From an uncultured Planctomycetia bacterium (GTDB lineage: Bacteria; Omnitrophota; Gorgyraeia; 2-02-FULL-51-18), in NCBI GenBank assembly GCA_964642015.1, contig CAZXLF010000002.1, positions 223,678-287,677 on the forward strand: 64,000 nt of DNA, in the 5' to 3' direction. How positions within the stretch are numbered: the first letter of the stretch is position 1; each line of letters starts with the position of its first letter. Positions 10,334 through 20,725 of this stretch are shown here, in pieces. The notes beneath the pieces were generated by a model. It made no database searches and had not been told where the DNA came from. It saw only the letters and a list, made by a program, of their open reading frames with translations. The position numbers and the translations under genes are program-made.

Positions 10334-13300
10334 ATGAAATCTGATTTTGTCCATCTCCATGTCCACTCTCAATATAGTTTATTGGATGCGGTCTGTCCCG
10401 TAGAAGACCTAACGGCCCTTGCTAAAACGATGGGGATGTCGGCGTTGGCCGTGACTGATAACGGGAATCTCTTCGGCGCGATCGAATTTTATAACACCTG
10501 TAAAAAGTCCGGCGTGAAACCGATCGTTGGAGCTGAAGTCTACATCGCTCCGGAGAGCCGTTTTGAGCGCTCAACGCACGGGCTTCAAGGCGCTTCTTAT
10601 CCTTTCGTTCTGCTTTGCAAGGATGAGATTGGTTATCGCAACTTGATCGAGCTTGTCACGATCGGTTATCTAGAAGGTTTTTATTACCGTCCCCGCATCG
10701 ACAAAGAGGTCCTGAAAAAATTTTCCAAAGGCCTGATAGGATTATCTGGAGGTCTGAGAGCCGAGGTGCCGCATCTTTTGAATATCGGCCAGGCCGAAAA
10801 GGCGCATCAAGCCGCTTTGCAATACGCAGAGATATTAGGCAAAGATAATTTTTTCCTTGAAATCATTCACAGTGGTATCAAAGAGCAGGAGCGGGTGAAT
10901 ATGGACATCATCGCGCTGAGCGAAAAAACGGGTATCGGCCTTGTCGCGGCCAACGACGTGCGGTATCTCAAGCGCGAATATCAAAAAGCGCACGAAGTGC
11001 TCACCTGTATTCAAACTCAGACCACCATGGATGACCCTAACCGCACGCGGCATCAAACGGATGAATTTTATTTTAAATCCGCTGAAGAGATGAAAGAAAA
11101 ATTCAAGGATACTCCCGAAGCGATCGCGAACACCGCCAGGATCGCTGAGCGGTGCAATCTGGAACTCGATTTCACAAAGACGCACGTGCCTCAGTTCGTT
11201 CCGCCGAAAGGGAAAACGCATGAAGAATATTTGCGTGAACTGACCTATCAAGGCCTCCATGAACGATACAAGCCGATCACGGATGCGATCAAAAAGCGCG
11301 TCGAACATGAATTGAACGTCATTCAAAAAAGCGGCTATATCAGTTATTTTCTGATCGTCTGGGATTTTGTCCATTTTGCAAAACAAAAGGATATCCCGGT
11401 CGGTCCGGGCCGAGGTTCTGCCGCCGGAAGCGTCGTGAGCTATGCTCTGAGGATCACCGATATCGATCCATTGAAATACGATCTGCTTTTTGAAAGATTT
11501 TTGAATCCGGAACGCGTCAGCATGCCTGATATCGACATTGATTTTTGCTACGAGAACCGCGATGAAGTCATTAAGTATGTCACCGAAAAATATTCCAAGG
11601 ATAATGTCGCTCAGATCATCACGTTCGGGACCATGATGGCAAAGGCCGTTATCCGCGATGTCGGGCGCGTGATGGGAATGCCGTACGCCGAAGTCGATAA
11701 GATAGCAAAGCTTATCCCCGCTGAACTGGATATCACGATCGAAACCGCGCTTGAGCGGGAAGCGGAATTAAAATCGCTCTATAAAACGAACGCGCAGATC
11801 ACCCAGCTTATCGATACATCCAAGATCTTGGAGGGGATGACGAGGCATGCCTCGACGCACGCGGCGGGTGTCGTGATCAGCGAGAGGCCATTAAGAGAGC
11901 ATGTCCCGCTTTTTAAAACAGGGGATGGACAGATCTCCACGATGTATTCGATGGAGTCGCTTGAGAAGATAGGCCTGCTTAAAATGGATTTTCTGGGTTT
12001 ACGCACGCTGACCGTGATCGATGATACACAGAAGATCATCAAGCGTATCCAGAAAAAAGATATCGACTGGGCAAGGATCCCCTATGACGACATAAAGACT
12101 TTTGACATGCTTTCTAAAGCGCAGTCCATAGGAGTGTTCCAGCTTGAAAGTTCAGGGATGCGCGATATTCTGAAAAAGCTGAGACCGGATAAATTTGAAG
12201 ACCTGATCGCTATTTTGGCTCTTTACCGTCCTGGTCCTATCGGCTCGGGTATGGTGGATGAATTTATTAAGCGGAAGCACGGACAGATCCCGATCGCCTA
12301 TGACCATCCGTTGCTTGAGCCCATCTTAAAAGATACTTACGGCATTATTGTTTTCCAGGAACAGATCATGAAGATCGTCAACGTACTTGCCGGATTTTCT
12401 CTGGGTAAATCCGATTCTCTGCGGCGCGCTATCTCAAAGAAGAAAGAAGAGGTCATGCAGGAAGTACGCGAGGATTTTGTGAAAGGATGCGCGCAGAATA
12501 AGATCGAAAAAAGGATTGCCGACAAGATATTCAATTTTATCGTCCATTTTGCCGGATATGGTTTTAATAAAAGCCACTCTGCCGCTTACGCAATGATCTC
12601 TTACCGGACCGCGTATCTGAAGGCCAATTATCCGGTGGAATTCATGACGGCGCTTCTGTCATCAGAAAAAGACAATACTGATAAAGTGGTGCTTTATATC
12701 GATGAAGCCAAGCATATGAATCTAAAGGTCCTTCCGCCGGATGTGAATGAAAGTTTTCCTCAATTCACGGTCGTGGCGGCCGATACGATCCGCTTCGGTC
12801 TGTCGGCGGTCAAAAATGTCGGACAAACGGCTATCGACGCGATCATTCAGGGACGGATTAAGCAGAACCGCTTCAAGTCATTTTATCATTTTGCGGAGAA
12901 CGTGGATCTGCGCGTTGTGAACCGGAAAGTCCTTGAAAGTCTTATCAAGTGCGGAGCTTTTGATTCGATGGGGCTTTTTAGATCGCAGTTATTTGCGATA
13001 CTGGATGACGCCTTAACGATCGGCGGCGAAATACAAAAGGACAGGGAAAGCGGGCAGAAGTCATTCTTTGATTCTTTTGGAAAAGAGGACGAGTTTAAAA
13101 ACAAGTTCCACAATATTCCTTCGATCCCGGAATGGACCGACAACGAAAAGCTTATGAACGAAAAGGAAATGTTGGGATTTTACGTGACGGGCCATCCGCT
13201 TGACCGTTACCACAGAGAACTCAAAGGTTATTCGACAGCGTCCACGGCAACGATAGGACAGCGCCGCGATGGGGAAGAGATCGTGATCGGCGGCATCGTG

Positions 13301-13777
13301 AATAAATTAAAATTCACCCAAACCAAGAAAAATAAGGAAAAAATGGCGATCGTTGGGCTTGAAGATCTGGACGGAACGGTTGATATGCTGGTTTTTCCTA
13401 AAACGTTCAAGGAATATGGAAATCAACTTGCCAAGGATGCGATCTTATTTTTTAAAGGCAATGTGGACAATAAGGAACAGGACCCAAAGCTTTTGGTCAG
13501 CGAGATCGTTCCGCTTGCCGATATTCATAAGAAATTCGCGCGAAGTATTCGAGTCAAACTTCCGGCTGAGAATATACAGGAGAATTTATTGAAAAATCTG
13601 CAGGAAACGCTATCCCAGCATCCTGGCACGATCCCGGTTTATCTTGAGTTCGTCGATCAGAACAACATATGTTCAGAAATGCTCGTAGACCGCACCCTTT
13701 TTGTCCGTCCCAATGAAGCGCTAGTATCCTCTCTTAAGCAATTAGCCGGTGAAGAAGCCGTTAGCCTCAAAATATAG
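10334..13777 (+). CDS. dnaE: DNA polymerase III alpha subunit
   Basis: 1147 aa. N-terminal PHP domain (HLHVHSQYSLLDA), polymerase core, C-terminal OB fold. Confidence 0.95.
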   Translation: MKSDFVHLHVHSQYSLLDAVCPVEDLTALAKTMGMSALAVTDNGNLFGAIEFYNTCKKSGVKPIVGAEVYIAPESRFERSTHGLQGASYPFVLLCKDEIGYRNLIELVTIGYLEGFYYRPRIDKEVLKKFSKGLIGLSGGLRAEVPHLLNIGQAEKAHQAALQYAEILGKDNFFLEIIHSGIKEQERVNMDIIALSEKTGIGLVAANDVRYLKREYQKAHEVLTCIQTQTTMDDPNRTRHQTDEFYFKSAEEMKEKFKDTPEAIANTARIAERCNLELDFTKTHVPQFVPPKGKTHEEYLRELTYQGLHERYKPITDAIKKRVEHELNVIQKSGYISYFLIVWDFVHFAKQKDIPVGPGRGSAAGSVVSYALRITDIDPLKYDLLFERFLNPERVSMPDIDIDFCYENRDEVIKYVTEKYSKDNVAQIITFGTMMAKAVIRDVGRVMGMPYAEVDKIAKLIPAELDITIETALEREAELKSLYKTNAQITQLIDTSKILEGMTRHASTHAAGVVISERPLREHVPLFKTGDGQISTMYSMESLEKIGLLKMDFLGLRTLTVIDDTQKIIKRIQKKDIDWARIPYDDIKTFDMLSKAQSIGVFQLESSGMRDILKKLRPDKFEDLIAILALYRPGPIGSGMVDEFIKRKHGQIPIAYDHPLLEPILKDTYGIIVFQEQIMKIVNVLAGFSLGKSDSLRRAISKKKEEVMQEVREDFVKGCAQNKIEKRIADKIFNFIVHFAGYGFNKSHSAAYAMISYRTAYLKANYPVEFMTALLSSEKDNTDKVVLYIDEAKHMNLKVLPPDVNESFPQFTVVAADTIRFGLSAVKNVGQTAIDAIIQGRIKQNRFKSFYHFAENVDLRVVNRKVLESLIKCGAFDSMGLFRSQLFAILDDALTIGGEIQKDRESGQKSFFDSFGKEDEFKNKFHNIPSIPEWTDNEKLMNEKEMLGFYVTGHPLDRYHRELKGYSTASTATIGQRRDGEEIVIGGIVNKLKFTQTKKNKEKMAIVGLEDLDGTVDMLVFPKTFKEYGNQLAKDAILFFKGNVDNKEQDPKLLVSEIVPLADIHKKFARSIRVKLPAENIQENLLKNLQETLSQHPGTIPVYLEFVDQNNICSEMLVDRTLFVRPNEALVSSLKQLAGEEAVSLKI

Positions 13778-13784
13778 CCTTAAT

Positions 13785-13814
13785 TGACACTGTAAGTTAT
13801 TATATGATAATATC
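13785..13814 (+). promoter_or_regulatory. Sigma-70-like promoter upstream of the HU gene
   Basis: TTGACA, then 16-18 nt, then GATAAT/TAATAT. About 75 nt upstream of the GTG start, which is preceded by AAGGAGGG. Confidence 0.5.
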
Positions 13815-13891
13815 ATACGCAATTTACGCGATCTCGGATAAGTCATAGATCGTCTCAGGTTTTCCAAGAAATTTCTTATAAGGAGGGTATC

Positions 13892-14170
13892 GTGGCCATA
13901 ACGAAAAAAGATATCGTGCTCAAGATTTCCAGCGAGACAGGTATTAAACAGATAGACGTCAAGCGAGTGGTGCAGTACGCGCTTGATAAGATCACCGAAT
14001 ACTTGGCCGCGGGGCAGACCGTAGAACTCAGGAATTTTGGTATATTCAAGATAAAATCCAGGCGCGGACGCCTTGGCCGTAATCCGCGCACGGGACAGGA
14101 AGTGCCGGTGCCGCCCAAAAAGGTCGTGGTATTCAAGCCTGGCCTTATCATGAAGCGGGACGTGAAATAA
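13892..14170 (+). CDS. hup: DNA-binding protein HU/IHF family
   Basis: 92 aa. Beta-arm motif RNFGIFKIKSRRGRLGRNPRTGQEVPVPPKKVVVFKPG. GTG start with a strong RBS. Confidence 0.9.
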   Translation: MAITKKDIVLKISSETGIKQIDVKRVVQYALDKITEYLAAGQTVELRNFGIFKIKSRRGRLGRNPRTGQEVPVPPKKVVVFKPGLIMKRDVK

Positions 14171-14276
14171 CGCCTTTCTTTTGGCCTAAACCTCGATTGA
14201 TTTGCAATAGCGTTCATTCGAATCTATCACATCGGGGACACGGCCATCTTACCCCTCATTAATTTAAAAGGAACTG

Positions 14277-15533
14277 ATGAAATTTCAGCGATTACGCGGA
14301 ACGCATGATATTTACGGGAAAGACGCGCTTCTTTTTCAGAATGCGGAATCCTGCGCCCGCGCCGTGTTCCAGCGATTTGGTTTTGAAGAATTAAGAACCC
14401 CCATCCTTGAACAAAAAGAACTTTTTACTCGAGCGCTTGGAAACGAAACGGACGTGGTCCAAAAAGAAATGTACGAATTCGAGGACCGTTCGAAAGAAAG
14501 GGTCGCAATGAGGCCTGAAGGAACGGCCGGGATCGTGCGGGCTTACCTTGAGAACAACTTTGATAAAACCCAGGGACTTTGCAAATTTTTTTATTTGGGC
14601 CCGATGTTCCGCAGCGAAAGGCCTCAAGCCGGCCGGCTTCGGCAGTTCCATCAGATAGGAGTTGAGACGCTCGGGACCGACAGTCCTTATGCTGATGCGG
14701 AGACGCTTCAAGCGCTCACATTATTTTTGGACCTGGCGGGAGCAGGCGGTTATCAGGTAAAGCTGAATAATTTAGGAACGTTTGAAGAAAGGGCTGAGTT
14801 CAAGAAAGTGCTTCAGAAATATTTTGATCCGTATAAAGAACGGCTTTGTGACGACTGCAAGAATCGTTTAACGAAGAATGTGTTCCGGCTTTTGGATTGC
14901 AAAAACAGTTCCTGTCGCGAGATCATCGAAAAATCCCCGAAGATCTCAGGCCATTTGTCCGCGCCGAGCAAAGAGCATTTTGATAAAGTCTGCCAAGCGC
15001 TGGAATCCTCAGACATGACTTACAAACTCGATCCTTACATGGTACGTGGTCTGGATTATTATACGAAGACAGTTTTTGAGATATCACATCCTAAACTTGG
15101 TGCACAGGACGCGTTGGCGGCGGGTGGGCGATATGACCATTTGATCGAGACGTTCGGCGGAGCTGCGGCTGGCGCTGTCGGTTTCGCGATCGGCGTGGAA
15201 CGTCTTTTGATGTGTCTTGAGCAGAAAGATGCCGAAAACCCCGAAAAAGTTTTTTTTGTTGCGACGCTGGGCGAAGCAGCTTTTCAGGAAGGTTTTAAGC
15301 TTTTATCCAGGTTACGAAAGGAGAATTTTTCAGCGTCGATGGATTTTTCAGCCAAGTCCTTAAAAAGCCAGATGCGTGCGGCGGACAAGATCAAAGCGGA
15401 TTTTGTTTTGATCCTGGGCGAGGATGAGCTTAAAAAAAATGTTTGCATGCTGAAGAACATGAAAAGCAGCGCCCAGGAGGAAATATCCCTGGACGGCATA
15501 GTCAAAAAATTAGAATCAAAGGCGAAGCCATAA
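14277..15533 (+). CDS. hisS: Histidine--tRNA ligase
   Basis: 418 aa class II aaRS. MKFQRLRGTHDIYG N-terminus, histidine-binding motifs, C-terminal anticodon-binding domain. Confidence 0.95.
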   Translation: MKFQRLRGTHDIYGKDALLFQNAESCARAVFQRFGFEELRTPILEQKELFTRALGNETDVVQKEMYEFEDRSKERVAMRPEGTAGIVRAYLENNFDKTQGLCKFFYLGPMFRSERPQAGRLRQFHQIGVETLGTDSPYADAETLQALTLFLDLAGAGGYQVKLNNLGTFEERAEFKKVLQKYFDPYKERLCDDCKNRLTKNVFRLLDCKNSSCREIIEKSPKISGHLSAPSKEHFDKVCQALESSDMTYKLDPYMVRGLDYYTKTVFEISHPKLGAQDALAAGGRYDHLIETFGGAAAGAVGFAIGVERLLMCLEQKDAENPEKVFFVATLGEAAFQEGFKLLSRLRKENFSASMDFSAKSLKSQMRAADKIKADFVLILGEDELKKNVCMLKNMKSSAQEEISLDGIVKKLESKAKP

Positions 15534-15536
15534 GTC

Positions 15537-17270
15537 ATGTTAAGAACGCACACTTGCGGTGAATTGACAGAACGGCATGTCGGAAAAGAAGTGACATTGT
15601 GCGGTTGGGTGGATACTGTACGCGATCACGGCGGATTGGTTTTCTTAGACCTTAGGGATAGGTATGGAAAAACGCAGATTGTTTTCTCAGGTAAGATCAC
15701 GGATTACAAATCAGAGGATTGTGTTCAGATCAAAGGAAAGGTCCAGATTCGACCCAAAGGCACTGAAAATCCAAAAATCTCAACCGGCAAAATTGAAATA
15801 GTGGATACAAAAATCGAAACTCTCTCTGGATCTAATCCACTACCGTTTGAAGTGACAAAAAGCCAAGAGACCAACGAAGACTTGCGTATGCGTTACCGGT
15901 ATCTGGATCTTCGTAATCCGGATGTGCAGAAAAATCTTTTCGCACGCCACCGTGTTTATCAGATTATCCGCCGTTCATTTGACAAGCACGGCTTCATAGA
16001 AGTTGAAACGCCGATCTTGACCAAATCCACACCGGAAGGTGCACGCGATTATCTGGTGCCGAGCCGCGTGAACCCAGGAGAATTTTACGCGCTGCCGCAG
16101 TCGCCTCAGCTTTTCAAACAGATCCTGATGGTATCCGGTTTTGACCGTTATTTTCAGATCGCGAAATGTTTCCGTGATGAAGATCTCCGCGCGGACCGCC
16201 AGCCGGAATTTACACAGCTCGATGTCGAAATGTCTTTTTTGGATGAGAACGATCTTTTTGCGATCATCGAGGAAACCGTCAAAGCGATATGGAAGGAAGT
16301 TTTGAATGTGGATTTGCCTGCATTCACGCGTTTGACCTATCAGGATGCGATGGCCAAATATGGTTCCGATAAGCCGGATCTGCGGTTTGGTCTCGAATTT
16401 CACGACGCGTCGGATCTTGTCAAACATTGCGAATTTAGAGTTTTCAAAGACACGCTTGTTTCCGAAAAAGGCGCTGTGATCGGCATCTGTGTTCCGAAGC
16501 CCGAAGCTTCTCGCAAAGACATCGATGATATGACCGAATTTGTAAAAGCCGAAGGTGCTTTAGGACTTGCTTATTTCAAGGTGGAGAACGGAAAACTGGA
16601 ATCTCCGATAGCCAAATTCGTGGATGAGAAAACGCAAAAGAGCCTGATCGATCTTTTTAAGGCGAATGCAGGAGACCTTTTGCTTTTTATTGCCGATGAA
16701 AAAAAGAAAGCCCAGAAATTGCTTGGAACTCTGCGATTGCATATTTCCAAGTGGAAAAAATTAGTAAAGCCTGGAACATTTCATTTCAGCTGGGTGACGG
16801 ATTTTCCTCTTTTTCAGTGGAATGATGAGGAAAAACAGTGGAACAGCGAACACCATCCTTTTACCTGTCCTAATCTGGAAGATTGGGCGAAATATAAGCC
16901 GATGGGGGAATTTGGGAAGATACGTTCACGCGCGTATGATCTTGTTTTGAATGGGAACGAGATCGCTTCGGGTTCCGTTCGTATTCATGACCGAAAGCTT
17001 CAGAAGGAAATCTTCGATACGATAGGTCTTACCGAAGAAGATATTAACGTGCGTTTTGCTTTTCTTTTGAAGGCGTTTGAATTTGGGGCACCGCCACATG
17101 GAGGCATTGCTTTGGGCATTGATCGTGTGATGACCATTTTGCTGGGACTCGAAAGTATCCGTGAGGTGATTGCGTTTCCGAAAAATCAGAAAGCTGTTGA
17201 CCCGATGACTGATGCGCCTTCGCCGGTGAATGAGCGGCAGCTAAAAGAGCTGGGCATTAAGATTCGTTGA
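15537..17270 (+). CDS. aspS: Aspartate--tRNA ligase
   Basis: 577 aa. N-terminal OB anticodon-binding domain, class II motifs (FRDEDLRADRQPEFTQLD; GGIALGIDR). Confidence 0.95.
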   Translation: MLRTHTCGELTERHVGKEVTLCGWVDTVRDHGGLVFLDLRDRYGKTQIVFSGKITDYKSEDCVQIKGKVQIRPKGTENPKISTGKIEIVDTKIETLSGSNPLPFEVTKSQETNEDLRMRYRYLDLRNPDVQKNLFARHRVYQIIRRSFDKHGFIEVETPILTKSTPEGARDYLVPSRVNPGEFYALPQSPQLFKQILMVSGFDRYFQIAKCFRDEDLRADRQPEFTQLDVEMSFLDENDLFAIIEETVKAIWKEVLNVDLPAFTRLTYQDAMAKYGSDKPDLRFGLEFHDASDLVKHCEFRVFKDTLVSEKGAVIGICVPKPEASRKDIDDMTEFVKAEGALGLAYFKVENGKLESPIAKFVDEKTQKSLIDLFKANAGDLLLFIADEKKKAQKLLGTLRLHISKWKKLVKPGTFHFSWVTDFPLFQWNDEEKQWNSEHHPFTCPNLEDWAKYKPMGEFGKIRSRAYDLVLNGNEIASGSVRIHDRKLQKEIFDTIGLTEEDINVRFAFLLKAFEFGAPPHGGIALGIDRVMTILLGLESIREVIAFPKNQKAVDPMTDAPSPVNERQLKELGIKIR

Positions 17271-17725
17271 TGATCGAGGTAAGATTCGGGACCTCGACGC
17301 ATGGTTTAAAAGTATCTTGGGTCAAACGCGTCGTAAGCGCCACATTAAAGTTTGAAAAGAAAACAGGGCGAACAGTCAGCGTTTTTCTAACGAACGATAA
17401 ACAGATACGGAAGATCAATAAGCTGTATCTCGATCATGACTATGCGACGGATGTGATCTCGTTCTGGTTCGAGCAGGATCGCTTGATCAAAAGAGAATCA
17501 AAACATTTGGGCGATCTGGTCGTTTCCGTTGAGACGGCGAAATGCGTGGCCAAGGAAATGGGGATCTCGTTCAAGCAGGAATTAGCAAGATACCTTATTC
17601 ATGGCACATTGCATTTATTAGGTTATAACGACAAAAAGGCAGAAGACAGAAAAAGAATGCATCAGCGACAAGAATGGATAGTTAAGCGGTTATGCACCAG
17701 CGCAGAACATTCGTTCAGAGTTTGA
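17267..17725 (+). CDS. ybeY: Endoribonuclease YbeY
   Basis: HGTLHLLGYNDK zinc-binding motif. 152 aa. Confidence 0.9.
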   Translation: MMIEVRFGTSTHGLKVSWVKRVVSATLKFEKKTGRTVSVFLTNDKQIRKINKLYLDHDYATDVISFWFEQDRLIKRESKHLGDLVVSVETAKCVAKEMGISFKQELARYLIHGTLHLLGYNDKKAEDRKRMHQRQEWIVKRLCTSAEHSFRV

Positions 17726-18393
17726 ACGACGCCGCCGAAGGCGTGATCTATGTGATCAAGAATGAGCGCAATATGCGCGTTCATTTTATGTTGGGATTTC
17801 TTGTTCTCCTGATCGCCATTTTTATAGGTGTCAGCCGTTTGGAATGGATCATTCTCTGCACGATCATCAGTCTTGTACTTGCGGCTGAAATGCTGAATAC
17901 AGTCGTGGAGGAAATGGTCGATCTTGTGGAGCCGTTATCCCACCCGAATGTGCGCATTATCAAAGATGTGTCGGCGGGATTTGTGCTGGTATTGGCGGTC
18001 AATGCGCTGATCGTCGGGTTTTTTATATTCTCAAAATATTGGTCGTGGCCGATCCAGGCAACGGCCATGAGAATACGCCATGCCTCGTGGCACATCACAT
18101 TTGTTGCTTTATTAGTGGTGGTATTTTTTACGATCGCAGGCAAGGCGTTCTTTCATCAAGGGACGCCATTCCGCGGAGGGATCATCAGTGGGCATTCGGC
18201 CGTGGCTTTTTCCATCTGGACCGCAGTGTTATTCACTTTTTCAAACCCATTTGTTTTGGGCGCGATGTTTCTTTTGGCCGTTCTTGTTGCTCAAAGCCGT
18301 TTGCGTGCGAAGATCCATTCTCTATCGGAAGTGATCACCGGAGCGCTCATTGGATTTCTTGTCACAGCTCTTTTTTTTCAGATCTTTAGGTAA
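17692..18393 (+). CDS. dgkA: Diacylglycerol/undecaprenol kinase (DgkA) fused to a PAP2-family phosphatase domain
   Basis: N-terminal about 120 aa: DgkA motifs (NERNMRVH; LVLAAEMLNTVVEEMVDL), Gram-positive undecaprenol-kinase type. C-terminal about 110 aa: PAP2 motifs ISGHS and SRLRAKIHSLSEV (SR-x5-H-x3-E). Follows ybeY, as in phoH-ybeY-dgkA operons. Confidence 0.75.
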   Translation: MHQRRTFVQSLNDAAEGVIYVIKNERNMRVHFMLGFLVLLIAIFIGVSRLEWIILCTIISLVLAAEMLNTVVEEMVDLVEPLSHPNVRIIKDVSAGFVLVLAVNALIVGFFIFSKYWSWPIQATAMRIRHASWHITFVALLVVVFFTIAGKAFFHQGTPFRGGIISGHSAVAFSIWTAVLFTFSNPFVLGAMFLLAVLVAQSRLRAKIHSLSEVITGALIGFLVTALFFQIFR

Positions 18394-18401
18394 AGGACCT
18401 T

Positions 18402-19028
18402 ATGTGGAAAAAATTTAGGAATCATTTTGTCACAGGGCTGATGTCTCTGGCGCCATTCTTTTTGACCTTAGTCTTCATCAAATATCTGATCCGGCTCGCC
18501 GATAATTTTGTCGTGGACCCGCTTTTTGAGATCCTTCCGCTGGATTTTGATGCAGCATTCAAAGTCTTATTAGCGAAGCTCATTATTTTTACCGTCGTGG
18601 TCATTTTTGTTGTGCTGATCGGATGGACGGCTGAGAAATTCGTTTTTAAAAGATTATTCGCCGCGTGGGAGAGGTTTTTAGACACGATCCCATTCTTTAA
18701 TAAAATATACGGCTCGATCCGGGAAGTGGCGCAGGCATTTTTTGGAGATAAGACAGGGATTTTTAAACGCGTGGTCTACGTGGAATATCCGCGAAAAGGT
18801 GTATATGCCTTGGGGTTTGTGACGCAGGAAAAGCCGTGGGAGATCCATGAAAAAACCGGCAAAGAAATATTGAATATTTTTTTACCGCATCCCCCGAATC
18901 CTGCGACAGGATATTTTATTTTTGCTCCTAAGGAAGAAGTGATCGAGTCAAATCTGACGGTTGAAGAGGGAATACGTCTTGTGATCAGCGCCGGCGCAGC
19001 GATCCCTTCGAACGGACGAAAAAAATGA
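18402..19028 (+). CDS. DUF502-family membrane protein
   Basis: Two N-terminal TM helices; conserved PNPATGY motif of DUF502. Confidence 0.7.
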   Translation: MWKKFRNHFVTGLMSLAPFFLTLVFIKYLIRLADNFVVDPLFEILPLDFDAAFKVLLAKLIIFTVVVIFVVLIGWTAEKFVFKRLFAAWERFLDTIPFFNKIYGSIREVAQAFFGDKTGIFKRVVYVEYPRKGVYALGFVTQEKPWEIHEKTGKEILNIFLPHPPNPATGYFIFAPKEEVIESNLTVEEGIRLVISAGAAIPSNGRKK

Positions 19029-19774
19029 GTGCCACAAAAACACAGGCGTTTGCACTAAAAACTCAGGACTACCGCGACACGAGTCTTTTGGCAACGTTTT
19101 ATACCCGCGACTATGGAAAGATCCGCGGTATCGTTAAAGGTATCCGCGGTTCGCGAGCGGGGTTTGGCAGTACACTCGAACCTTTTTCTCTGAATGAGAT
19201 CTTGTTCTATAAAAGGAAAAGAGGGGGAGATCTTCATTTGATCACACAGATCGATCTCGAAGGTCTTTTTCCGGAGGTTAGGCATGATCTTGAAAGAGTT
19301 TCTTACGCGAGTTATTTTATTGATCTTTTGAACGAACTTGTTGAGACCGAAGATCCGAGCCCTGGGATCTTCAGCCTTTTGCATGATTCGCTTCTATTTT
19401 TATCAAGCGGAGCATCATGCAAACGCACAGCGCGAATTTATGAAGTAAAGCTTCTAGAGCTTTTAGGGCTTATGCCGGAGATCAAGGTCTGCGTGATCTG
19501 CCAAACCTCCGACCCGGAACCGGCTTTTTTTAACGTGCCGCTCGGAGGGATTTGCTGCAAAAATTGTTCGGAGAAAAATGGATTCCCTGTATCCAGAGGC
19601 ACGCTGAATTTTTTGGAGCACGTCAGGCGCGCGCCATTCAAGGAACTGCAGAATGTTAAAGTATCGCAAGAGGTTGGAGTGGAACTCGAAAAGACGCTCA
19701 GGCGTTTTGTGGATTTTCATTTGTCTAATAAACTGAAGTCTGTTATCTTTTTGGAAAAAATGGAGCTGATTTAA
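19025..19774 (+). CDS. recO: DNA repair protein RecO
   Basis: N-terminal OB fold (FALKTQDYRDTSLLATFYTRDYGKI) and C4 zinc finger (CVIC...CCKNC). Confidence 0.85.
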   Translation: MSATKTQAFALKTQDYRDTSLLATFYTRDYGKIRGIVKGIRGSRAGFGSTLEPFSLNEILFYKRKRGGDLHLITQIDLEGLFPEVRHDLERVSYASYFIDLLNELVETEDPSPGIFSLLHDSLLFLSSGASCKRTARIYEVKLLELLGLMPEIKVCVICQTSDPEPAFFNVPLGGICCKNCSEKNGFPVSRGTLNFLEHVRRAPFKELQNVKVSQEVGVELEKTLRRFVDFHLSNKLKSVIFLEKMELI

Positions 19775-19828
19775 AACGTAAGCTGAGCGGTTTTCGATAA
19801 ACGGTTTACGCTAACCATAAAGGATGTC

Positions 19829-20725
19829 TTGATGGTTTATTTCCAAGATTTGATCTTAAAGTTATCGGATTATTGGGCTAAAAAAGGATGCGCTGTGCTC
19901 CAGCCCTATGACATGGAAGTAGGCGCTGGCACATTTCATCCAGCCACATTTTTCGGATCGCTCGGACCTCAAGGTTGGAATGTGGCGTATGTACAACCGA
20001 CTCGTCGGCCGACGGATGGACGCTACGGTGAAAATCCTCTGAGGACACAGCATTATTATCAGTATCAAGTGATTCTCAAGCCCTCACCGGAAAATGCGCA
20101 GGATCTTTATCTGGACAGTCTGAGATCTGTAGGTCTTAAATTGGAAGAGCATGACATCCGTTTTGTTCAGGATGATTGGGAATCACCGACGCTGGGGGCT
20201 TCCGGTTTGGGATGGGAAGTGTGGCTCGACAGTCTTGAGGTCACGCAGTTCACTTATTTTCAGCAGATGGCCGGGTTCACGCTGAATCCGATATCCTGTG
20301 AGATCACTTATGGGCTTGAGCGTATCTGCATGTTCCTGCAGAAAAAGCACGACCTTTTTGATCTGCAGTGGTCGAAAGATCTGAAGTATGGAGAGCTTCG
20401 TAAGAAATATGAAGTGGAATACTGCCGCTATAATTTTGAAGCAAGCGAACCGGCGACGCTGCAGGCGCTTTTTGAAACTTATGAAAATGAGGCAAAGCGT
20501 CTTTTAGGTACCGAGCCCGGCCCTGAGACGCTGGTATTGCCGGCCTACGAATGGACTTTGAAGACGTCGCATGTTTTCAATATGCTTGATGCGCGCGGAG
20601 CGGTGAGCGTCAACGAGCGCCCGGCTTATATTGCGCGTGTGCGCAATCTCGCCAAAAGATGCGCACAGAGTTATTTTTTACAGAATTATCCCGAAACCGT
20701 GGTTCTCAATGAAAAAAAGAAATAA
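19829..20725 (+). CDS. glyQ: Glycine--tRNA ligase alpha subunit
   Basis: [38 protein letters not shown]... canonical GlyQ. Confidence 0.95.
   Translation: MMVYFQDLILKLSDYWAKKGCAVLQPYDMEVGAGTFHPATFFGSLGPQGWNVAYVQPTRRPTDGRYGENPLRTQHYYQYQVILKPSPENAQDLYLDSLRSVGLKLEEHDIRFVQDDWESPTLGASGLGWEVWLDSLEVTQFTYFQQMAGFTLNPISCEITYGLERICMFLQKKHDLFDLQWSKDLKYGELRKKYEVEYCRYNFEASEPATLQALFETYENEAKRLLGTEPGPETLVLPAYEWTLKTSHVFNMLDARGAVSVNERPAYIARVRNLAKRCAQSYFLQNYPETVVLNEKKK

Noticed and set aside
10835-11386. 183-aa antisense ORF inside dnaE, with similar long antisense ORFs inside guaA (9124-9606), aspS (15975-16427) and rpoC (48674-49174, 49229-49726).
   Set aside because: These lie fully within well-supported genes on the opposite strand. 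They have no RBS and no recognisable domains. They are shadow ORFs of the kind common in moderately GC-rich coding sequence.
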